DNA of 64,000 bases from an uncultured Bacilli bacterium (GTDB taxonomy: Bacteria > Bacillota_I > Bacilli_A > RF39 > UBA660). Below the pieces are notes generated by a model. It made no database searches. It was given only the letters and a program-made list of their open reading frames with translations, and was not told where the DNA came from. Position numbers and translations under genes: made by a program. Location: NCBI GenBank assembly GCA_934086145.1, contig CAKOHV010000003.1:13451-77450 (forward strand), in the 5' to 3' direction. Of the stretch, positions 57,813 through 64,000 are shown piece by piece; positions within the stretch are counted from its first letter, which is position 1, and each line of letters opens with the position of its first letter.

Positions 57813-58443
57813 GGAAGTACAAAATTATTTATTAATAATTGGTCTACTTATAGGAATTTATTTTATTAGTTTTAGTTTAGATTTTTTAAGAGTAGATGAT
57901 AGTAATTTAGTAGAACTTAACTTTTTAAGAAGCGAAAATAATCGTTTGCGTAAGCAGATTATAGAAATGGAAGAAAAGCTTTCTTTTTCTCTAGAAAATT
58001 ATGATTATGTAATTGGCAAAGTGGTTGTTAGAGATATCCATAATTTTTATAAAGAAGTCGTTATTAATAAAGGAAGTAATGATGGGGTAGAAGAAGGTAT
58101 GGCAGTTGTGAATCAAGAAGGATTAATTGGTGTAATCTTAGAATGTAATAAAAAAACGGCCTTGGTTAAATTACTAAGTAGTGAATATAATGTCTCGGTT
58201 AGTCTCCCTGATACATATGGCAACTTATCGATGGGAAAAATTACGATGCTAGATAAATATAGTTCCATCAAAGAAGGAGATATCGTTTATACCTCGGGTT
58301 TATCAAAGATTCCGGCGGGGCTTTTGGTTGGGGAAATAACGAGTGTTAGAATGGATAGTAATGCCTTAGGAAAAGAAGCGAAAGTTAATTTAGTAGATAA
58401 TAAAAATCTTAATTACGTGGCAATAATAAAAGGTGAAATATGA
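57796..58443 (+). CDS. mreC: rod shape-determining protein MreC
   Basis: AAGGTGA SD before TTG 57796 (GTG 57787 is an alternative). TM, coiled coil (NRLRKQIIEMEEKL), and beta-barrel motifs INKGSNDGVEEGMAVVNQEGLIGVI and YTSGLSKIPAGLLVGEI. Confidence 0.85.
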   Translation: MKKKIKEVQNYLLIIGLLIGIYFISFSLDFLRVDDSNLVELNFLRSENNRLRKQIIEMEEKLSFSLENYDYVIGKVVVRDIHNFYKEVVINKGSNDGVEEGMAVVNQEGLIGVILECNKKTALVKLLSSEYNVSVSLPDTYGNLSMGKITMLDKYSSIKEGDIVYTSGLSKIPAGLLVGEITSVRMDSNALGKEAKVNLVDNKNLNYVAIIKGEI

Positions 58444-58814
58444 TTATATTAAGTTTACTTATTGATTATTTTATGACTTGTTTATTACCGATTAAAACTT
58501 ATTTTGTAATTTGGGAACTTGATCGGAATAAAATTGTTAGCGTCTTTATAGCAGGACTTTTTTTAGATTTAATTTTTCATGGTTTTCTTTATAATACAAT
58601 TATTTTAGTTATATTATATTTAATTTTAAAGAAAATGAAGGTGAAGAAAAAATATTATTGGCCGAAGAATTTATTAGTTTTTCTGGTTTATTTTAATATA
58701 TTATTCTTTTTAGGAAGAAGTCCCTTAGCTAGTTATTTGTATGTTTTAATAGAAGGTTTAGTAAGTTATGTGCTTTATTGTTTAGTTATGGAAAAGTTAT
58801 TTAAGTTAAAATAA
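58440..58814 (+). CDS. mreD: rod shape-determining protein MreD (short form)
   Basis: Small polytopic membrane protein overlapping the mreC stop, in the conserved position. Confidence 0.6.
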   Translation: MIILSLLIDYFMTCLLPIKTYFVIWELDRNKIVSVFIAGLFLDLIFHGFLYNTIILVILYLILKKMKVKKKYYWPKNLLVFLVYFNILFFLGRSPLASYLYVLIEGLVSYVLYCLVMEKLFKLK

Positions 58815-58838
58815 AACATATAATTTAGTGGTGATGCT

Positions 58839-59390
58839 ATGGCTTTAAAAAAGAATAAAAAAAATAATAATTTAAGTTTCCTTATTTCAAAGCTTTTACT
58901 TAGTATAATAATTATTTTAAGTAGTTTTATTTATGTTAATTGGAATAGTAAAAATAGAACGTTTTTTAAAAAATATGTTTTAGAAGAAACAATTGATTAT
59001 CAAAAATTTAATGCTTTTTATGAAAAGATGATTGGTAGATTAAAAGTAGAAAATAAAGAAAAATTGGTTTTTGCCGAAAGCTTTACTTATAAAAATATAA
59101 ATAAAAATGGCAATAGTTACGATTTAACTTTGGAGGTAGGAAGTCAGGTGCCTGTTTTAAATTCAGGAATTATTGTTTTTGTCGGTCAAAAGGAAAACTT
59201 AGGAGAAACAATAATAGTCCAAGGTAATGATGGAGTTGATATTTGGTATAGTAATGTTACATTAACGGATAATGCCTTATATGATTATGTTAGTAGAGGA
59301 CATATTTTGGGAATAAGTAATGATGGCCAGGTAAAATTAACATTCGTCAAAGGCGATGAATACATTTCTTATGATAAATATTTTAAATAA
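58839..59390 (+). CDS. membrane-anchored degenerate M23/LytM-domain protein (SpoIVFA-like position)
   Basis: N-terminal TM. C-terminal M23-like fold (VLNSGIIVFVGQKENLGETIIVQGNDGVDIWYSNV ... GHILG) lacking the HxxxD and HxH metal ligands. Confidence 0.5.
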   Translation: MALKKNKKNNNLSFLISKLLLSIIIILSSFIYVNWNSKNRTFFKKYVLEETIDYQKFNAFYEKMIGRLKVENKEKLVFAESFTYKNINKNGNSYDLTLEVGSQVPVLNSGIIVFVGQKENLGETIIVQGNDGVDIWYSNVTLTDNALYDYVSRGHILGISNDGQVKLTFVKGDEYISYDKYFK

Positions 59391-60159
59391 GTTTAAAATT
59401 CATTATACAACGTGGTTATTTATTCTACTTGCTTTAATAGCTGGTTATGTTAAGTATGTTTTAATTATCTTAATAATTGTAATTGGTCATGAAATGGGGC
59501 ATGTTCTAGCTTTTAAGTTATTTAAATTAGATATTATAAAAGTTATTATATATCCTTTTGGAGGAATTACCTATGTAAATAAAAGAATTCATGAAAGAAT
59601 ATATAAAGAAATAGTCTGTTCTTTAGCCGGTATCGTAGCTCAACTTTTTTTAGCAATAATTTATTATTATCTTTTTGCAGCTAATTATATAGCAAGCAGT
59701 ACTTATGAAATTTTTAAGGCTTATAATAAAACAATTTTAATTTTTAACTTGTTACCAATTATTCCCCTAGATGGAAGTAAGTTTATTAATAGTATATTAA
59801 ACAAAGTTTGCTCTTTTAAACGAAGTTATTTTTTAACTCATGTCCTTAGTTTAATAGTACTTTTCTTATTTATTATTAAAAGCTTTGCTACTAAAGTGAA
59901 TAATTTGATGATAGATCTTTTTTTACTATGTTCTTTAATTAAGTCTTTAAAAAGTTTTAAGTATATTTTAAATAAATTTTATTTAGAACGAGTTTTATAT
60001 TCACATTATTATAATAAGATAGTTAATGATTGCAATGACCTTGAAAAAATGATGATTGAAAGATATTATTATTTTAAAGTAGGGCAGCGTTATTTTAATG
60101 AGAAGACTTTTATTCAAAAAAGATATCTTAAAGGTAAAGATTTTTTTCTTAATTTATGA
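59356..60159 (+). CDS. M50 site-2 protease family membrane metalloprotease (SpoIVFB-like)
   Basis: HExxH (VIGHEMGHVLAF) inside a TM, and NLLPIIPLDGSKF (NxxPxxxLDG). Confidence 0.8.
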   Translation: MNTFLMINILNKFKIHYTTWLFILLALIAGYVKYVLIILIIVIGHEMGHVLAFKLFKLDIIKVIIYPFGGITYVNKRIHERIYKEIVCSLAGIVAQLFLAIIYYYLFAANYIASSTYEIFKAYNKTILIFNLLPIIPLDGSKFINSILNKVCSFKRSYFLTHVLSLIVLFLFIIKSFATKVNNLMIDLFLLCSLIKSLKSFKYILNKFYLERVLYSHYYNKIVNDCNDLEKMMIERYYYFKVGQRYFNEKTFIQKRYLKGKDFFLNL

Positions 60160-60188
60160 TATTATTTATAATAATAGAGGTTGATAAT

Positions 60189-60821
60189 ATGAAAGAACAG
60201 TCCCTAGATGTAATTGATATGCGTGAAGATATGAAGAAAATTGATGCAAGAATTGCTTTCTTAAAAAGAGAAATAAAGGAACTTAGTAAAGACGCAATAA
60301 AAAATAAAGATATTATAACTAATGATTATCTTAATTTAATTAAGCGTTTACAACAAAAAATAGATTTAACAGATAATTCATCAAAGAAAGATAATTTATT
60401 AAGTGATTTAAATATTGCTGAAGCTAAATTGAAAAAATTTAATGAAAAGTTTGCTTCACTTTATAAAAATAATAAAGTTAAACCAACTTTTAAAAATGTT
60501 GATGGGCAATATCTTTTAATGCCGTCACTTTTAGATAAAAAAACTAAAAGTACTGATTATGAGAAAATAAGGGAACATGAAAAAGCAATGTTGATTGATA
60601 CGGCAGGTTTTATGACTTCATCAATAACTTCACCAATTTCGGGACATTTAAGCTTTTCTGGAAATGTTTCGGGCATAGAATGTATGATTTATGTTCTACC
60701 ATTTCAATTAGTTTCGACTATTAAAGGAACGATTGAAAGACCTAATTCTAAATATAGTAATTTAGAAATTAATTACTTTGGTGATGATTTAGCTAAAATT
60801 ATAGAAGATAAGGATGAATAA
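60189..60821 (+). CDS. hypothetical coiled-coil protein
   Basis: AGAGG SD before ATG 60189. No family recognised. Confidence 0.45.
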   Translation: MKEQSLDVIDMREDMKKIDARIAFLKREIKELSKDAIKNKDIITNDYLNLIKRLQQKIDLTDNSSKKDNLLSDLNIAEAKLKKFNEKFASLYKNNKVKPTFKNVDGQYLLMPSLLDKKTKSTDYEKIREHEKAMLIDTAGFMTSSITSPISGHLSFSGNVSGIECMIYVLPFQLVSTIKGTIERPNSKYSNLEINYFGDDLAKIIEDKDE

Positions 60822-60830
60822 GGTGGTAAT

Positions 60831-61109
60831 ATGGGGACGTTAGTTGTTAATGAGGGAATGTCTTTTAATATAATGGTTGGTGAAGCTTTTAAAAATTGTG
60901 AAGTATTAGGCGTTTTTAAGGATACTAAAAATAACAAAAAATATATCATATATACTGATTATGAAAAAGATAAGTATGATAATTATCCTATATATGGGGC
61001 ATTAATCGAAAAAGATGGTGATCATTATAAGATAATGGATATTGATAATGAAAAGGTGATTAAAGTTATGAATGCTGTTCTTTCTAAAAGTACGGATGCT
61101 TTAAGATAG
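60831..61109 (+). CDS. DUF1292-family small protein
   Basis: GGTGG SD. About 90 aa with a family-like core (CEVLGVFKD...KKYIIYTD ... YGALIEKDGDHYKIMDID). Confidence 0.5.
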   Translation: MGTLVVNEGMSFNIMVGEAFKNCEVLGVFKDTKNNKKYIIYTDYEKDKYDNYPIYGALIEKDGDHYKIMDIDNEKVIKVMNAVLSKSTDALR

Positions 61110-61212
61110 GGACTTTTTAGCCGGTAATATTTTGGTTGTTGTGATTAATAAAGAGAAGGTATAAGTAAGTATTTAAAATTAATTCTTACTAAAAAATAAG
61201 TTATAAAAAATT

Positions 61213-61234
61213 AAGTCAACGTTGTTGACTTTTT
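61213..61234 (+). terminator. intrinsic terminator
   Basis: AAGTCAAC / GTTGACTT 8-bp stem with a 3-nt loop, then TTTTATTT. Confidence 0.6.
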
Positions 61235-61428
61235 ATTTGGAAAAAGGGTGGCTTGATCGCCTATATGGTCTAATTTTATCTTAGCTTTTGTAATTTTTGA
61301 CATTTTAGATTAAAATGTTAAAATATGAATTAATGTGAGGTGTGAGAAAGTGGCAAATCCAAATAGTAGTAAGTATAACTACATATTTTGAGGTAAGGAA
61401 TAAGAAAATTTGCTAATAGAGGTTTGAT

Positions 61429-62418
61429 ATGAAAGTTAAAAATTTAGATTGTAATGTAAAAAATATAAAAAAAGTTAAAAATTATAAACTAGTTAATTTA
61501 TTAGATGCAGATGTAGATTCTTTTACGACGGATAAAGGGATTGAAAGAAGAAAAAAATATGCCAAAATTTTAAAAAAGGTTTTAAAAGTAGCAACTCCAG
61601 AAAAAATAATTGTTGATAGTTATCCTAATTTGGATCCTGATGAACCATATATTTTTGTTTCTACACATGGCTTTAGTAATGATATAATTGCATGCTTGGC
61701 GACAATTGATAGAAGTGCTTACTTATTAATGGGTTCAACAAACCAAATAGAATATAATAGATTAATGTATGCAGCTTGGTTAAATGGTTTTATTTATGTA
61801 AATAGAACGGATGAAAAGAGTAGAAAAGAAGCTATTCCTAAAATGGAAAGAATTTTAACAAAAGGAAGTAGTGTACTGATTTTTCCAGAAGGTGGTCATA
61901 ATAATACTGAAAATAATTTGGTAAATAGATTGTTTGCGAGTCCATATATATTAGCAACAAAAACTGGATGTAAGGTTGTTCCCATTGCACCATTTTATGA
62001 ATTTGGTAGTGACAAAATTTACATGAATTTTGGTGAACCGATAGATTTGGCGAAATATCCTACTAAACAAGAAGCTTTATTAGAATTAAGGGATGTTTTT
62101 GCGACGATGGTATATAACAATATTGAAAGGTATGCAACGCCATATGTTAGACCGGTAGGAAGAGATATTCATCTAGATTTTATGGAACAAAGAAGACAAG
62201 AATATTTAAAAAATTCTTGGACTAGAGATGTTTGGGATGAAGAATTAACGAGGTATTTAGATTCGGCTGAAAGAGAGTCGATGGCGGTTATGGAAAGCAT
62301 CGATAATATAGCTATTAATAAGGATAACGCTTCAATTATGGGGCCAATTTTAGTAAAAAGACAAGAACAAAAAAAATATGATTTTAAAGATTATATGCAT
62401 CGAAATTGGAATAAGTGA
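61429..62418 (+). CDS. lysophospholipid (1-acyl-sn-glycerol-3-phosphate, PlsC-family) acyltransferase
   Basis: HX4D motif (STHGFSNDI) and FPEGG motif (LIFPEGGHN). Confidence 0.75.
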   Translation: MKVKNLDCNVKNIKKVKNYKLVNLLDADVDSFTTDKGIERRKKYAKILKKVLKVATPEKIIVDSYPNLDPDEPYIFVSTHGFSNDIIACLATIDRSAYLLMGSTNQIEYNRLMYAAWLNGFIYVNRTDEKSRKEAIPKMERILTKGSSVLIFPEGGHNNTENNLVNRLFASPYILATKTGCKVVPIAPFYEFGSDKIYMNFGEPIDLAKYPTKQEALLELRDVFATMVYNNIERYATPYVRPVGRDIHLDFMEQRRQEYLKNSWTRDVWDEELTRYLDSAERESMAVMESIDNIAINKDNASIMGPILVKRQEQKKYDFKDYMHRNWNK

Positions 62419-62696
62419 GATAATGTATTTGTTTGAAATGAAAAATATTGTAAATGTATAGGAATGATTTTATGAAAAAAGCTGTTTTATTGAAACTAAA
62501 AAAAAGATTGCTTTATGCTTATGAAAAGGGTGATGTTGATGAGATTGCTTAAATAGCTGATTTTTTGAGATTGCCGAATTTAGAAACAGAAGAATATTAT
62601 AAGTAGGAAAAGTTTACTGGTTATGCTAGTATCGATAAACCTCATATAAAATATTTTAAAAAAGGAACATTGGATGCTAAATTACCAGGGATAAAA

Positions 62697-64000
62697 ATGT
62701 ATGATTATTTGTATCTTAGGACAAAAAGATATTCTACATTGCCGGCTTTAAATTTTTATGGAAGAAAAATATCATTTGGGGAGTTAGATGCTAAAGTTGA
62801 AGATACAGCAAAGGCTTTTTTAAGTAATGGTGTTAAAGAAGGCGATCATGTTGTTATTTCAATGCCAATAACCCCAGAAGCGGTGTACATGCTGTTTGCT
62901 TTAAACAGAATAGGTGCTGTGGCAGTGGAGCTGGATCCTAGAACTAATGAAGAAAATGTTAAAAAAATTATTAAAGCTTCTGGAACAAAGTTTTATATAA
63001 CTATGGAAGATTGTTCATTAATGATTGATAATTTAATAAAAAATAATGAAGATTTATCTTCACAACTAAAAAATGTAATGTTTATTTCGCCAACTGAGTC
63101 TTTACCTTTTGGTCTTTCGCTTATTTCTAACATAAAAGATCAATTTGAAAGATTCCGTGGTCATAAACCAATTGTACCTTATTCAAGTAAATGTATTAAT
63201 TGGTCTAAATTTATAAAGAGTGGAAGAGGATATGAAGGAAAAATCAATTTAGAGTACAGACCAAATGTTGTGACAGAAATAATATTTTCAAGTGGAACAA
63301 CGTCAACGCCAAAGCCAATTCAGTATACAAATGAAACTTTTACAAATATGGTAAGGCAAGTTGAATTAGGAGAAAATGATTATGCAGTTGGTGATAAAAA
63401 TTTGGATATCATCCCATTATATTTAGGCTTTGGTTCTAATAATGGTTTATATACTGTATTGTGCTTTGGGATAGAGGATATTTTAATTCCTGTTCCGGTA
63501 ACTGATAAATTACCAAAGTTGATTAGCAAATTTAAACCAAATCATATCTTAGGTGCTCCAATTCACATGAAAATATTATTAAAATATTTACAAGATAAAC
63601 CAAGAAATATGAAAGATTTATCCTTTATTAAATCAATAGTTTCAGGAAGTGCTTATTTAGAAAGTGCAAGCCAATATGCCTTGGATACTGAATTAGCTAA
63701 GAGAGGATGTAAAATTAAAGTTGGCCCAGGATATTGTCAAAATGAGGCAGGACCTGGTATATCTTTTTCTAGCGATTCTTTTTTAGAAACTCCTAAACCT
63801 GGATGCTCTGGTTATCCTTTAATATTTACGACAATTTCTATTTTTGACCCAGAAACAGATGAGGAATTAGAGTATGGCAAAGATTTGGAAGGAGAAATTA
63901 GGTATATTACACCAACTTCGATGTTAGGGTATGCCTATGGGAGTGAAAGTGAAAACAGCAAATTTTTTAAAAAAGGAAAAGATGGTAGAATTTGGTGTTG
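62697..64000 (+). CDS. AMP-dependent synthetase/ligase (acyl-CoA or acyl-carrier ligase type), 3'-truncated by the window edge
   Basis: Frame is open from 62607 to the window end. AMP motif IIFSSGTTSTPKPI and GYCQNEAGPG. First usable start is ATG 62697 (AGGGA SD). Two in-frame stops lie upstream (see findings). Confidence 0.7.
   Translation, partial: MYDYLYLRTKRYSTLPALNFYGRKISFGELDAKVEDTAKAFLSNGVKEGDHVVISMPITPEAVYMLFALNRIGAVAVELDPRTNEENVKKIIKASGTKFYITMEDCSLMIDNLIKNNEDLSSQLKNVMFISPTESLPFGLSLISNIKDQFERFRGHKPIVPYSSKCINWSKFIKSGRGYEGKINLEYRPNVVTEIIFSSGTTSTPKPIQYTNETFTNMVRQVELGENDYAVGDKNLDIIPLYLGFGSNNGLYTVLCFGIEDILIPVPVTDKLPKLISKFKPNHILGAPIHMKILLKYLQDKPRNMKDLSFIKSIVSGSAYLESASQYALDTELAKRGCKIKVGPGYCQNEAGPGISFSSDSFLETPKPGCSGYPLIFTTISIFDPETDEELEYGKDLEGEIRYITPTSMLGYAYGSESENSKFFKKGKDGRIWC

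Noticed and set aside
61350-61391. 13-codon upstream ORF (GTG start, MANPNSSKYNYIF) with a GAGGTG SD in the leader of the PlsC-like gene. It lies downstream of a TTGACA ... TGtTAAAAT promoter (61297-61324).
   Set aside because: It is plausible as a leader peptide, but there is no adjacent terminator or anti-terminator structure or other attenuation signature. It is too short to evaluate without comparative or ribosome-profiling data.
62550-62606. In-frame TAA and TAG upstream of the AMP-ligase core, considered as evidence of stop-codon reassignment or programmed read-through.
   Set aside because: TAA, TAG and TGA all terminate many well-conserved genes in this window at the expected positions. 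In about 30% G+C DNA, two stops in 45 codons of non-coding frame is unremarkable. The region is reported only as a possible start-codon loss.

Overview
AT-rich (about 30% G+C by eye), gene-dense and mostly plus-strand chromosomal segment of a low-GC Gram-positive bacterium (Bacillota; gene content resembles Erysipelotrichia/Clostridia-type genomes). The code is standard: TAA, TAG and TGA all end clearly homologous genes, and Trp is TGG. The backbone is housekeeping in a Bacillus-like order: hemW, then hrcA-grpE-dnaK-(pepF)-dnaJ, mtaB, recD2, dnaG-sigA-trmK, valS, and radC-mreC-mreD followed by an M23-like/M50 protease pair. Also present: a metal and oxidative-stress group (ZIP, CDF, desulfoferrodoxin), two AI-2E transporters, a DAACS symporter, an ABC pair and hemolysin-III. 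There is a thioester-domain surface protein, a pilin-less type IV pilus/competence core (PilC/PilD/PilB-like), a small alarmone synthetase, a Tam41-like protein, and a PlsC-like acyltransferase next to an AMP-dependent ligase that runs off the 3' edge. An envelope island (WG-repeat proteins, DUF4358-like, MBOAT, DHHW, VanY) sits between hemW and hrcA. Regulatory RNA and DNA: two T-box leaders (one before a P-loop kinase plus a compact AlaRS, one before an HD hydrolase plus valS), twin CIRCE operators around the hrcA promoter, and a pair of palindromic boxes before a Sel1-repeat gene. I saw no rRNA, tRNA, CRISPR array, transposase, integrase or recognisable defence genes. The most unusual feature is the 870-bp ORF-free gap at 6190-7059. 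It holds two tandem units of about 330-380 nt, each with its own promoter and terminator, a shared 5' end, a shared 3' module with compensatory base changes, and divergent cores. I could not match them to any RNA family I know, so I propose them as candidate novel structured RNAs, either stand-alone or a leader for the downstream AI-2E gene. All coordinates and motifs were read by hand; no database search was possible.
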